IMG/VR virus record: IMGVR_UViG_2687453300_000007
Strand: one strand, 5' to 3'
DNA length: 40,665 nt
DNA from: a virus
Lineage: Duplodnaviria; Heunggongvirae; Uroviricota; Caudoviricetes
A program made the translations under genes and the position numbers. The notes under the pieces were generated by a model. That model saw only the letters and a list, made by a program, of their open reading frames with translations, ran no database searches and was not told the origin of the DNA. Positions 16,799 through 26,085 of this stretch are shown here, in pieces (position 1 is the first letter of the stretch; each line of letters opens with the position of its first letter).

Positions 16799-17851
16799 AT
16801 GAATCTGGTGATGTCAGATATTACCCGCAACAAGCTGGGTTGCTATATGGCGCAGCAGGCGTCGCTTAACAATATCCCGGTATCTGCACTGGTATCGCGA
16901 TTTACCGTGGAACCCGCGGTGCAGCAGCGTTTTGAAAACGCCTCAAAGGAAAGTACCGAATTTACGAAAAGAATTAACGTGATCGGCGTGACCGACCAGA
17001 AAGGCGAAAAAATCCTCCTGGACACCACCGGGCCAATTGCGCGCACGAATAGCAGTTATGACGGCATCAAACGCCGTAACCCGAATAACGTGATCGATAT
17101 GAAGTCTCGTCAGTACCAGTGCGAACAGGTGAACTACGATACCTTTATTTCGTACCCACAGCTTGATACCTGGGCGGCCCACAGCGATTTTCAGTCCCGT
17201 ATCAGTACACAGATCGCCCGGCAGGTAGCGCTTGATCGCATCATGATTGGCTTTAACGGCACATCCCACGCCTACGAGTCTGATTTTCACACCAACAAGC
17301 TGCTTCAGGACGTTAACGTGGGCTGGCTGGAGCACATCAGAACCGATGCCAGCGAGCGCGTAATGAATGACGTGACGCTGACCTCCCGCAACATGGACAA
17401 CACTGTGGCGCACGCGGGTAAGTATGCGAATGCCGATGCTCTGGTACAGGATGCGCGCTCATCCCTGCTGGATGAATGGCACAAGGAAGCTGACGACCTC
17501 GCGGTGATTATGGGGCGCAACCTGTTTAACTCGCTGCGTCTGCCCGTGCTGAACAGCATCAGCGGCCAGAATCCCAATGCGGAATTACTTGCCGGGCAGC
17601 TCATCCTGTCATCGCGCACCATTGGCGGGCTGGGCGTGTTCCTTGCGCCGTTCTTCCCGGATGCAACGATGCTTATCACCTCGTTCAACAACCTGTCGAT
17701 TTACTGGCAGAAAGGTTCAATGCGTCGCCTGATGAAAGACGAGCCGGAATACAACCGCATCGCCACCTACCAGTCCATCAATGACGCTTATGTCGTTGAA
17801 GACTATGGCAAGTGCGCGATGGTCACTGGCCTGAAGTTCGCCGACAGCTAA
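16799..17851 (+). CDS. N: Major capsid protein (P2 gpN-like)
   Basis: 350-aa ORF with AAGGAG SD. Segments …FTVEPAV…, …NYDTFISYPQLDTWA…, …IMIGFNG… parallel P2 N. Confidence 0.9.
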   Translation: MNLVMSDITRNKLGCYMAQQASLNNIPVSALVSRFTVEPAVQQRFENASKESTEFTKRINVIGVTDQKGEKILLDTTGPIARTNSSYDGIKRRNPNNVIDMKSRQYQCEQVNYDTFISYPQLDTWAAHSDFQSRISTQIARQVALDRIMIGFNGTSHAYESDFHTNKLLQDVNVGWLEHIRTDASERVMNDVTLTSRNMDNTVAHAGKYANADALVQDARSSLLDEWHKEADDLAVIMGRNLFNSLRLPVLNSISGQNPNAELLAGQLILSSRTIGGLGVFLAPFFPDATMLITSFNNLSIYWQKGSMRRLMKDEPEYNRIATYQSINDAYVVEDYGKCAMVTGLKFADS

Positions 17852-17896
17852 TCAACTCACGGCGGGCATCATGCCCGCCTGTAACGGAGAGAAAAA

Positions 17897-18697
17897 ATGA
17901 TTACTCCTGCACAACAACACTGGCAGAACGTGATGGCACAGCGCGCAGGCCGGGCGAATGAAGGTGTGGACCACGCCGCGTGTACCGCGCATGAAGAGGT
18001 GCTGTATCGTCTGCGTCTGGCACAGGCCAGGCTAAAGGCCATACAGGCCAGAAGCGCGAAAGCCGCCATCAAAAAAGAGTTGTTGCCGGACTTTTCCGGC
18101 TGGATTGAGGGAACGCTGGAGGCTGACGGCGGGCAACAGGACGAAGTAATTGCCACGCTGATGGTGTGGGCGATTGACTGCGGCGATCTTCCGCTGGCGC
18201 TGCGTATTGGTGCATATGTGGTCCGTCACAACCTCATCATGCCGGATAACTTTGGCCGTACTGCTGCCACGGTACTGACCGAAGAAATCTGCAACCCGGT
18301 ACTGACGCAGGCTGGGACGGATGCCGACGCGGATTTATCCGCCTTTATCGAACCACTGGACACACTTTGGGAAATTATCGCCAACCAGGACATGCCGGAC
18401 GAAGTGCGCGCCAAATTATGCAAGGCGTGTGCCTTTGCCCGTCGTGGCCTGACCGATGCAGACAACATGGCCTCATCACTGAAGCTGCTGCGCGAAGCGA
18501 TGCACCTGAACCCGAACGCAGGTGTGAAACGCGAGATTGCAACCCTTTCCCGCGCCCTGAAAAAAGCCGATTCCGCAGCCGAACCAGAAGACGCCAGCGC
18601 ACAGCAGGCGCAGGACGAAAGCAGCAAAAGTAAAAAGACAACGCGGAAGCCTGCAACACGAAAAACCACCGCGACGCAGAAGGCAAAGCGCGGTTAA
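17897..18697 (+). CDS. M: Terminase small/endonuclease subunit (P2 gpM-like)
   Basis: 266-aa ORF between N and L; basic C-terminal tail. Confidence 0.75.
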   Translation: MITPAQQHWQNVMAQRAGRANEGVDHAACTAHEEVLYRLRLAQARLKAIQARSAKAAIKKELLPDFSGWIEGTLEADGGQQDEVIATLMVWAIDCGDLPLALRIGAYVVRHNLIMPDNFGRTAATVLTEEICNPVLTQAGTDADADLSAFIEPLDTLWEIIANQDMPDEVRAKLCKACAFARRGLTDADNMASSLKLLREAMHLNPNAGVKREIATLSRALKKADSAAEPEDASAQQAQDESSKSKKTTRKPATRKTTATQKAKRG

Positions 18698-18710
18698 CGA
18701 CTGACCCCGT

Positions 18711-18786
18711 CAGCGGGCGGCGTGCGCGGTGTTCCGGTTTGACTCCGTGACCGTTTACACCGCGCACCCACCGCCCGATTTTTTCA
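18711..18786 (+). terminator. Long GC-rich stem-loop with U-tract between M and L
   Basis: GCGGGCGGCGTGCGCGGTGT pairs with ACACCGCGCACCCACCGCCCG across a loop of about 24 nt, followed by ATTTTTT. Sits inside the presumed O-N-M-L late operon. Confidence 0.35.
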
Positions 18787-18798
18787 GGAGTGAACCCC

Positions 18799-19293
18799 AT
18801 GAGTATGGTTGCCAGAACTAACCCCGGCCCCGCAGAGGACGACATCACCGACACCGATGATGGCGATACCCGTATTTCAGCGGGTGCATTCTGGCCGGAT
18901 ATTGTGCTGCGCGAGCTGCGTCTGGCGGTACGACTGCCGGGCCGCGTGACCACCTCCCGCCTGCTGCATACCGCCACCGGGGCCATAGCACACGTTACCC
19001 GCGAGCTGGAAGCATGGCAGCAGGAACAACAGGCGGCTGGCTATCAGACGCTGGCCGATGTTCCGGCCCCTGTAATTAACGGAGAAAGCGTCAATCTCTG
19101 GCACTGGCGCAATGCTGTTTATACCGCCACACGCGCCCTGATTCTGGAGCGTTACCGCGATGCGGACACAACGGACAAGGGCGACCGCCGGGCGGACGCA
19201 CTGGATATACAGACATCGGATTTGTGGCGCGATGTGAGCTGGGCCATCTCTGACATTCTGGGACGACCGCGAATGTTTGCGGAGCTGTGCTGA
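18799..19293 (+). CDS. L: Head completion/stabilisation protein (P2 gpL-like)
   Basis: ATG 18799 with AGGAG SD. C-terminal …DLWRDVSWAISDILGRPR… resembles P2 L. Confidence 0.8.
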   Translation: MSMVARTNPGPAEDDITDTDDGDTRISAGAFWPDIVLRELRLAVRLPGRVTTSRLLHTATGAIAHVTRELEAWQQEQQAAGYQTLADVPAPVINGESVNLWHWRNAVYTATRALILERYRDADTTDKGDRRADALDIQTSDLWRDVSWAISDILGRPRMFAELC

Positions 19294-19493
19294 TGAAAGT
19301 GAAGGCACTGGAAGGCGACACCGTGGATTCGCTCTGTTTCCGGTACTACGGCACGACACAGGGCGTCACCGAAAAGGTGCTGGATGCCAACCCCGGACTC
19401 TGTCAGCAGGTATTTCTGGACGCCGGGCAGGAAGTGGAGATGCCGGAGCCGGAGAAGAAGAAACGAGAAATGATTCAGTTGTGGGGGGAGTAG
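19293..19493 (+). CDS. X: Small tail protein (P2 gpX-like)
   Basis: ATG 19293 overlaps the L stop (TGATG). About 66 aa; position matches P2 X. Confidence 0.6.
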   Translation: MKVKALEGDTVDSLCFRYYGTTQGVTEKVLDANPGLCQQVFLDAGQEVEMPEPEKKKREMIQLWGE

Positions 19494-19495
19494 CA

Positions 19496-19819
19496 GTGAG
19501 CACCATTCAAACAGGGATCACAGAGCAGGTTATTGCGTGGCTCTTTGACCACCTGCCAACGGTGTATGCAGTAGGCGCGGCGGTCAGCATTTCCGCGCTG
19601 ATGAGTCTTTATGACGGACGAACACTGGTTCAGACCGTAACGGGATCGCTGGCGTGCGGCGTTCTTGCCATGGCCGTGGCCGGGTCGCTGCGCTTCTTCG
19701 GGATCCCTGAGGATGCAGTGACGTTTTTTGGTGCCTCAATCGGTTTTATGGGCGCAGAGAAAGCACGCGACAAGGTTATTGCAATATTTGATCGCAGGGT
19801 GAAGGAGAGGAACGAATGA
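19496..19819 (+). CDS. Putative holin
   Basis: GTG 19496 start. About 107 aa with two to three hydrophobic segments, immediately upstream of the endolysin. Confidence 0.5.
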   Translation: MSTIQTGITEQVIAWLFDHLPTVYAVGAAVSISALMSLYDGRTLVQTVTGSLACGVLAMAVAGSLRFFGIPEDAVTFFGASIGFMGAEKARDKVIAIFDRRVKERNE

Positions 19820-20208
19820 GCAACACATTTAAATTCAGCAGCCGGAGCGAAAAGAATTTGCAGGGTGTAAATCCTGATCTGGTGAAAGTGACCCGACGGG
19901 CGCTGGAAATCTCGGAAGTGGATTTTGGTATCACCGAAGGATTGCGCAGTCGTTATCGTCAGAAGCAGCTCGTGACCACAGGCAAGAGCCAGACCATGAA
20001 CAGTCGCCATCTCACAGGGCATGCCGTGGATGTTGTGGCTTATGTCGGCAACCAGGTGTCATGGGAATGGCCGCTGTACGAAAAAATCGCAGCAGCATTC
20101 AGACAGGCCAGCCAGGAACTGAATATTCCGGTGGAATGGGGCGGCGACTGGAAGACCCTGAAAGACGGACCGCATTTTCAGTTACCACACGGAGCCTATC
20201 CGGCATGA
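19816..20208 (+). CDS. Endolysin, peptidase M15-type (L-alanyl-D-glutamate endopeptidase-like)
   Basis: 130 aa with zinc-ligand region …SRHLTGHAVDVVAY… characteristic of M15 phage endopeptidases; not the P2 K lysozyme type. Confidence 0.75.
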   Translation: MSNTFKFSSRSEKNLQGVNPDLVKVTRRALEISEVDFGITEGLRSRYRQKQLVTTGKSQTMNSRHLTGHAVDVVAYVGNQVSWEWPLYEKIAAAFRQASQELNIPVEWGGDWKTLKDGPHFQLPHGAYPA

Positions 20209-20600
20209 AGCTCTGGCCCACGCTTGGCGTCGCTTTCCTTCTGATTACATCCATGCGTCTGTCGTGGTCGCTGGGCCGGGAGAACGCCAGAAACGAAGCG
20301 CAGGCCAGCACCCTGAAAAGTACCGTCGACACACTGAATATCATCAGCGCCGGGGTACAGGATATGCAGCAGGTGCTGGCTCAGCTCCGCGCGGAAAATC
20401 AGCAACGCAATCAGGACGGAGAGGTAAGACGTGAACAGCTACGCAACGATATTGCAAAAGATGAATGCGCCCACGCTTTGCCTGACGCTCGTTTTACTGA
20501 CAGGTTGCGCAGGCACGCAGAACGCGCCAGGGCCAGCGCCGTCAGTCCGGCTTATACCGCAGACGCTGACCATGCCGGTAACGCCTCCCCCCTTCCCTGA
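20205..20600 (+). CDS. i-spanin (Rz/LysB-like)
   Basis: ATG 20205 overlapping the endolysin stop. N-terminal TM (LWPTLGVAFLLITSM) followed by a coiled-coil-rich periplasmic domain. Confidence 0.6.
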   Translation: MKLWPTLGVAFLLITSMRLSWSLGRENARNEAQASTLKSTVDTLNIISAGVQDMQQVLAQLRAENQQRNQDGEVRREQLRNDIAKDECAHALPDARFTDRLRRHAERARASAVSPAYTADADHAGNASPLP

Positions 20601-20742
20601 CCCACCCACATGGGGAAACCTCGGAATATGGGGCGACCGCCTTCTGGATGCACTGGAAACCTGTAACGCGGATAAACGGGCCATTGCTGAACTGGATAAG
20701 AGAATAGCCGAACTGACACACCAGACGGGAGTAACACAATGA
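20431..20742 (+). CDS. o-spanin (Rz1/LysC-like lipoprotein)
   Basis: Alternate-frame ORF overlapping the i-spanin 3' end. Signal peptide with lipobox LLTGC, then a proline-rich segment. The start may instead be the internal ATG at 20461. Confidence 0.55.
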   Translation: MNSYATILQKMNAPTLCLTLVLLTGCAGTQNAPGPAPSVRLIPQTLTMPVTPPPFPDPPTWGNLGIWGDRLLDALETCNADKRAIAELDKRIAELTHQTGVTQ

Positions 20743-22616
20743 CCAGTAAGAACTTTGCACTGATTACAGCCATGACACAGGCTGAACTGACTCAAAAGGT
20801 GAATGAACATCTTGCGAAAGGGTGGCATCTTCAGGGGGAGACGCGGGTTGCCTACGAACCCGGCACCCCGTGGTATCTAATGCAGGCAATGGTGGCCGAT
20901 GGCACTACAGACATCTCACCTGATTCCCCCCAGCACGGCAGCGTGCCGGAGTGGTATTACGTGGTGGTACTTGCTGGTCAATCCAATGCCATGTCATATG
21001 GTGAGGGAATGCCGCTGCCGGATTCTTACGATGCGCCCCACCCACGCATTAAGCAACTGGCCCGTCGCAACACAGTGACTCCCGGTGGTAAAGCATGCGC
21101 ATTTAACGACATCATTCCGGCAGACCACTGCCTGCATGATGTTCAGGATATGAGCGCACTGAATCACCCGAATGCAGACCTGAGCAAAGGGCAGTATGGC
21201 TGTGTCGGACAGGGCTTGCATATTGCCAAACGCCTGTTGCCTTACATTCCACAGAATGCCGGGATTTTACTGGTTCCATGCTGTCGTGGTGGTTCGGCAT
21301 TCACCCAGGGCGCGGAGGGGACATTCAGCGAGTCCACAGGAGCCAGTCAGGATTCGGCTCGCTGGGGTGTGGGTAAACCTTTATATCAGGACCTGATTTT
21401 GCGCACGAAGGCCGCATTGCAGAAAAACCCAAAAAACATGCTGCTGGCCGTATGCTGGATGCAGGGCGAATTTGACATGAGCGCCGCTACGTACTCACAG
21501 CAACCTCCGCTGTTTACGGCCATGCTGAAACAGTTTCGTGCGGACATTACCGAGTTTAACACGCAGTGTCATGGAGGCAGAGCGGCAAGTGTGCCATGGA
21601 TTTGTGGTGACACGACGTATTACTGGAAAAACACCTACGGCACGCAGTACGACACCATTTACGGGGCGTACAAAAACAGGGAGAGCGACAACGTTTTCTT
21701 TGTGCCGTTCCTGACCGATGGTAGTGGCAACAATACCTCCACCAACGCACCAACGGAAGATCCGGATGCTGCAAGTGAGGGATATTACGGTTCGGCATCC
21801 CGAACGAACAAAAACTGGGTATCATCAAATCGCCAGACGCATTTCAGCTCATGGGCGCGTCGTGGCATTATTCCCGATCGTATGGCAACCGCTATTCTGA
21901 ACGTAGCCGGTCGCACCTTAGCCTTCATCAGTGGTAAGGCACCGGAAATCAAACCCTCGCCCGGCGGCGACACGCCATCGGGGCCGTCTGAAGATGCATC
22001 CGTACGCACAATCTCCCTGTTGCCGACAGCCGGAGATGCTGCTGCGCAGGGCTGGAGCATTAAGAATGGCGGAATTCAGTTGTCAGAGGGTGTATTTAAG
22101 ATCACCAAGCAGAGCAATAAAGCCTGGTCCCTGACGCGCCCGGTGGATGACGCAGTCTCCCTGCTGACACGGGGTGGCAGACTGAGCTGTAAGTTTCGAC
22201 TGTCAGGCGCACTGACCAACAATCAGTTCGGTCTGGGAATTTATCTGTATACCGATGTAGCGTTACCTGACGTCGTGGCGATGACCGGGACTGGTAACCC
22301 GTTCCTGATGTCGTTCTTCACCCAGACCACAGACGGCAAACTGAATCTGATGCATCACAAGAAAGCAGGAAACACAAAGTTGGGCGAGTTCGGGAATTAC
22401 AGTAACGACTGGCAGACGCTGGAGCTGGTGTTCACCGCCGGCAGTGCCACGGTTACTCCGAAACTGAATGGAGTGGCTGGCCCGGCATTCCAGGTCATAA
22501 AAGACAGTCTGACACTGGGGCTGAATGCGCTGACGTTAACTGATATCACTAAAAATGCCGCGTACGGCGTCGATATCGGCAGCCTGGTGCTGGAAATCAA
22601 TAATCCCGCAGCATAA
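20739..22616 (+). CDS. SGNH-family sialate O-acetylesterase-like protein (NanS-p-like) with N-terminal DUF1737-like region
   Basis: 625 aa. GQSNA motif (…VVVLAGQSNAMSYGEG…) typical of 9-O-acetylesterase/SASA-domain enzymes; N-terminus MTSKNFALITAMTQAELTQKVNEHLAKGWHLQGE… as in prophage NanS-p proteins. Inserted between the lysis genes and R. Confidence 0.75.
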   Translation: MTSKNFALITAMTQAELTQKVNEHLAKGWHLQGETRVAYEPGTPWYLMQAMVADGTTDISPDSPQHGSVPEWYYVVVLAGQSNAMSYGEGMPLPDSYDAPHPRIKQLARRNTVTPGGKACAFNDIIPADHCLHDVQDMSALNHPNADLSKGQYGCVGQGLHIAKRLLPYIPQNAGILLVPCCRGGSAFTQGAEGTFSESTGASQDSARWGVGKPLYQDLILRTKAALQKNPKNMLLAVCWMQGEFDMSAATYSQQPPLFTAMLKQFRADITEFNTQCHGGRAASVPWICGDTTYYWKNTYGTQYDTIYGAYKNRESDNVFFVPFLTDGSGNNTSTNAPTEDPDAASEGYYGSASRTNKNWVSSNRQTHFSSWARRGIIPDRMATAILNVAGRTLAFISGKAPEIKPSPGGDTPSGPSEDASVRTISLLPTAGDAAAQGWSIKNGGIQLSEGVFKITKQSNKAWSLTRPVDDAVSLLTRGGRLSCKFRLSGALTNNQFGLGIYLYTDVALPDVVAMTGTGNPFLMSFFTQTTDGKLNLMHHKKAGNTKLGEFGNYSNDWQTLELVFTAGSATVTPKLNGVAGPAFQVIKDSLTLGLNALTLTDITKNAAYGVDIGSLVLEINNPAA

Positions 22617-22639
22617 GGAAGAGCAGGAGAGCAAAACAG

Positions 22640-23107
22640 ATGCTTAAGACAAACAGTCTGCGAGAGTCCATGCTTCATGGGTGTCGGTGGTGCCAGGCTA
22701 ATCCCGAGAAATTCACCATTTTCGTGGAGAGCGGCAACATTGAAACGACCGGAGAAGCGCCCTCGTTTGTTTACCGCTATCAGATGGTGATGTTTGTCAT
22801 GGATTACGCCGGAGAGCTGGACGACCTCACGCTGCCGCTGCTGGCGTGGTTATCCGAAAATCAGCCACAGTTGTTGCTCAATCCGGAGCGTAATCAGGAC
22901 ATCAAATTTTCTGCCGTTATCAATGACGATGACAGCGCCGATCTCCTGTTTACGCTCCCCCTGCGGGAACGCGTTCGCATCACGCGCAACAGTCAGGGCA
23001 CACCGCAGGCAGAACACCTGCCGGAGCCAAAACCCCGTCTGCCTTCTTCCGAAGGCGACTGGTCGCATGTATTCCAGGATGTGACGTGGGGTGAAAGCGA
23101 TGGATAA
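22640..23107 (+). CDS. R: Tail completion protein (P2 gpR-like)
   Basis: 155 aa, the same length as P2 R; follows the lysis cassette. Confidence 0.7.
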   Translation: MLKTNSLRESMLHGCRWCQANPEKFTIFVESGNIETTGEAPSFVYRYQMVMFVMDYAGELDDLTLPLLAWLSENQPQLLLNPERNQDIKFSAVINDDDSADLLFTLPLRERVRITRNSQGTPQAEHLPEPKPRLPSSEGDWSHVFQDVTWGESDG

Positions 23108-23735
23108 GGCATTCACCCGCGTGGATGAAACCTTTGAGGCTATCCGCGACAGCCTGAATCAGCAGGCCATCAATAACATCGCCAGAAAGCTGGCACAGGA
23201 TTTACGTCGCGCCCAGCAGGCACGTATCCGGTCACAAAAAGCGCCGGACGGGACCGAATGGACACCACGCAGACGCCGCGTAACCCGGATACAGGAGCGC
23301 ATTCGCTTTATCTGGAATAACGAAGCACGCACGCTGAAAAACTGGCATCACGACACAGGGAAATACGGGCGAACCATTACCGGGTGGGATGAGGATAAAA
23401 ACAATATCCGCACGTTTTACCGGGATGACATCGACCGTTTTCTGGAAATACGCACCCGGCGCATCAACCAGGACAGCACAAAGCGCGTCCCCATGTTCGT
23501 AAAACTGCGCACCGCCCGCTACCTGAAAGCCCGTGCAGATGCCTCCGGTGTGACGGTGGGTTACAGCGGCGTGGCCGCACGTATTGCACGCGTTCATCAG
23601 TTCGGTGAGCGCGATCAGGTTGCGCCGGGCATTTTCACCGATTACCCGGTACGTGAGCTGTTGGGTATCAGCCAGGCAGATGAGCGCCTGATTTATAACA
23701 CGGTGCTGGGCCGGATTGCGGAGGCTGTACGGTGA
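23100..23735 (+). CDS. S: Tail completion / virion morphogenesis protein (P2 gpS-like)
   Basis: ATG 23100 overlapping the R stop. Position between R and V. Confidence 0.65.
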   Translation: MDKAFTRVDETFEAIRDSLNQQAINNIARKLAQDLRRAQQARIRSQKAPDGTEWTPRRRRVTRIQERIRFIWNNEARTLKNWHHDTGKYGRTITGWDEDKNNIRTFYRDDIDRFLEIRTRRINQDSTKRVPMFVKLRTARYLKARADASGVTVGYSGVAARIARVHQFGERDQVAPGIFTDYPVRELLGISQADERLIYNTVLGRIAEAVR

Positions 23736-24313
23736 GCGCAGAACTCATGCGACTGCTGAGCAACATCATCCGCACCGGGATCATCTCTGAAGTTGATGAG
23801 AAGTCCTGGCGCGTGCGCGTTCGCAGCGGCGAACTGGAAACAGGCTGGTTGCGCTGGAACACCACGCGCGCGGGAGCCTTCAATGTGTGGCTGCCGCCAT
23901 CACCAGGCGAACAGGTGGTAATTGCCTGCATTGGCGGCAACCCGGAAACCGCCATGATAATTGGCAGCCTGTGGAGTGATGCCAGTCCGGCCCCCGGCAA
24001 AAGCCTGAAAGAAATCGTGGTCAGCGCGCCGGATGGCGCGGTGTTCCGCTACGACGCAGACGCTGGCGCACTGAGCGCCAGCGGCATGAAAACAGCCACC
24101 CTGCAGGCATCCGTCAGCGTGACACTGGATACGCCCGTCGTGGAATGCACAAACCTTCTGAGAACGGCGACGCTTGACGTCACAAAAGAGGGAAAGATGA
24201 GCGGCAATATCACGCACAGCGGCGGCAATTTCACCTCAAACGGCATTACCGTGCATACGCATAAGCACGGTGGCGTTAAAGGTGGCAGCGATTCGACAGG
24301 AGGCCCGCAGTGA
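23732..24313 (+). CDS. V: Baseplate assembly/spike protein (P2 gpV-like)
   Basis: GTG 23732 start (GTGA overlap with S). …LSNIIRTGIISEVD… and …VHTHKHGGVKGGSDSTGGP resemble P2 V. Confidence 0.85.
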   Translation: MSAELMRLLSNIIRTGIISEVDEKSWRVRVRSGELETGWLRWNTTRAGAFNVWLPPSPGEQVVIACIGGNPETAMIIGSLWSDASPAPGKSLKEIVVSAPDGAVFRYDADAGALSASGMKTATLQASVSVTLDTPVVECTNLLRTATLDVTKEGKMSGNITHSGGNFTSNGITVHTHKHGGVKGGSDSTGGPQ

Positions 24314-24660
24314 CAACCCGCTACACAGGAATGAACCCGGACGGGACGGGAAACCTGAACGATATGGAGCACCTGAAACAGTCAGTCAGGGACATCCTGA
24401 TCACCCCGCTGGCAAGCCGGGTTATGCGACGGGAATATGGCAGCCTTGTGCCTGATTTGATTGACGAACCCATGAATAACACCACGCGTCTGCAATGCAT
24501 GAGTGCTGCCGTGATTGCGCTGACACGATGGGAACCCCGCATTGCCCTGGACGCCATCGACGTTGTCTGGAAGGCAGGAGGCCGCGCCGGGGTGACGCTG
24601 TCGGGCACTGTCATGCAGACCATGCAGAATGTTGAATTAACCATCACGCTGAGAGAGTAA
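24310..24660 (+). CDS. W: Baseplate wedge protein (P2 gpW-like)
   Basis: GTG start. MTTRYTGMN…RDILITPLASRVMRREYGSL… parallels P2 W (MTARYLGMN…). Confidence 0.85.
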   Translation: MTTRYTGMNPDGTGNLNDMEHLKQSVRDILITPLASRVMRREYGSLVPDLIDEPMNNTTRLQCMSAAVIALTRWEPRIALDAIDVVWKAGGRAGVTLSGTVMQTMQNVELTITLRE

Positions 24661-24663
24661 ATC

Positions 24664-25560
24664 ATGCCTGCTGTTGATCTTTCCCAGTTACCGGAACCCG
24701 CCATCATCGCGGAGCCTGATTTTGAGGCAATTCTGGCTGACACAAAGGCCATGATGATTGCGTCCTATCCTGCCGAACAGCGTGAAGCCGTCTCCGCCGC
24801 GCTGGAGCTGGAATCAGAACCCCTGAACGTTATCGCTCAAACCATGTCGTTTCGTGAAATGCTGTTACGCCAGCGGGTTAACGAGGGCGCACGCGCCTGC
24901 ATGTTAAGCCACGGTTCAGGGACAAACCTGGACAACCTCGCGGGCAATATGAACACAAAGCGCCTGGTTATCACTCCGGCAACGGATACCACCGACGCGG
25001 TGATGGAGAGCGACACCTCGCTGAGACTGCGGGCGCAGCGGGCGTATGACGGCCTGAGTGTTGCTGGCCCGTCAGGTGCATACGAGTATTTTGCACGCAG
25101 CGCCAGCGGTCTGGTGCGTGATGCGCGGGCCATCAGCCCGTCTCCGGCCTGTGTGACGGTTTCCATTCTGTCCACTGAAGGCGACGGCACAGCAACGGAG
25201 GCGTTGCTTAATACCGTTCGCGCCGTTCTGAATGCAGAGGATACCCGCCCGGTGGCCGACCGACTGACCGTACAGAGCGCCAGCATCGTGACATGGCGGC
25301 TGAATGCAAAACTGTACTTTTACCCCGGCCCGGAATCCGAACCTATTCTGGCTGCGGCTGAATCGTCGTTCAGGAAGTGGCTGGCTGAGCAGGGGCTTAT
25401 TGGTCAGGACGTGGCGTTGTCAGCCATTGCTGCCGCACTTCATGTGCACGGCGTGCAACGCGTGGAGATAATCGAACCCACACAGAATATGGCCATCAGC
25501 GACATACAGGCGGCGCGCTGTGAGTCATTCACCATCAGCGAAGGTGGGCGTAATGAGTAA
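24664..25560 (+). CDS. J: Baseplate protein (P2 gpJ-like)
   Basis: 298 aa; size and order match P2 J. Confidence 0.85.
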   Translation: MPAVDLSQLPEPAIIAEPDFEAILADTKAMMIASYPAEQREAVSAALELESEPLNVIAQTMSFREMLLRQRVNEGARACMLSHGSGTNLDNLAGNMNTKRLVITPATDTTDAVMESDTSLRLRAQRAYDGLSVAGPSGAYEYFARSASGLVRDARAISPSPACVTVSILSTEGDGTATEALLNTVRAVLNAEDTRPVADRLTVQSASIVTWRLNAKLYFYPGPESEPILAAAESSFRKWLAEQGLIGQDVALSAIAAALHVHGVQRVEIIEPTQNMAISDIQAARCESFTISEGGRNE

Positions 25561-26083
25561 TTCACTGTTACCGCCATCAGCCAGCAATTTCATGCGTTGC
25601 GCCGAAGCTGTCGGAGCGCGCATTACAGACATCCCGGTAGACCTCAACACGCTGTGGTCACCGGACACCTGCCCGGTGCATCTGCTGCCTTATCTCGCCT
25701 GGGCATTTTCCGTTGACCGCTGGGATCGCAACTGGCCGGAAGAGACAAAGCGACAGGTGATTCGTGATGCATGGCTGATACACCGACACAAAGGGACCAT
25801 CAGCGCACTGCGCCGGGCCATTGAGCCGCTGGGATACCTCATTCGCGTGTCTGAGTGGTGGGAGTTCGGCGGAGAACCGGGAACATTTACCGTTGAAGTC
25901 GGCACGCTGGACAGTGGCGTGACGGAGGAAATGTATCTGGAAATGGAGCGGTTGATTGCTGATGCCCGCCCGGTCAGCCGCCACATGACAGGGCTGAATA
26001 TCATTCAGGAGATTCAGGGAGATATTTTCGCGGCGGCAGCAACTTACGACGGCGAAGTCATTACCATTTATCCGGACGATTAA
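25553..26083 (+). CDS. I: Baseplate protein (P2 gpI-like)
   Basis: ATG 25553 overlapping the J stop; about 176 aa, as for P2 I. Confidence 0.8.
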   Translation: MSNSLLPPSASNFMRCAEAVGARITDIPVDLNTLWSPDTCPVHLLPYLAWAFSVDRWDRNWPEETKRQVIRDAWLIHRHKGTISALRRAIEPLGYLIRVSEWWEFGGEPGTFTVEVGTLDSGVTEEMYLEMERLIADARPVSRHMTGLNIIQEIQGDIFAAAATYDGEVITIYPDD

Positions 26084-26085
26084 GC

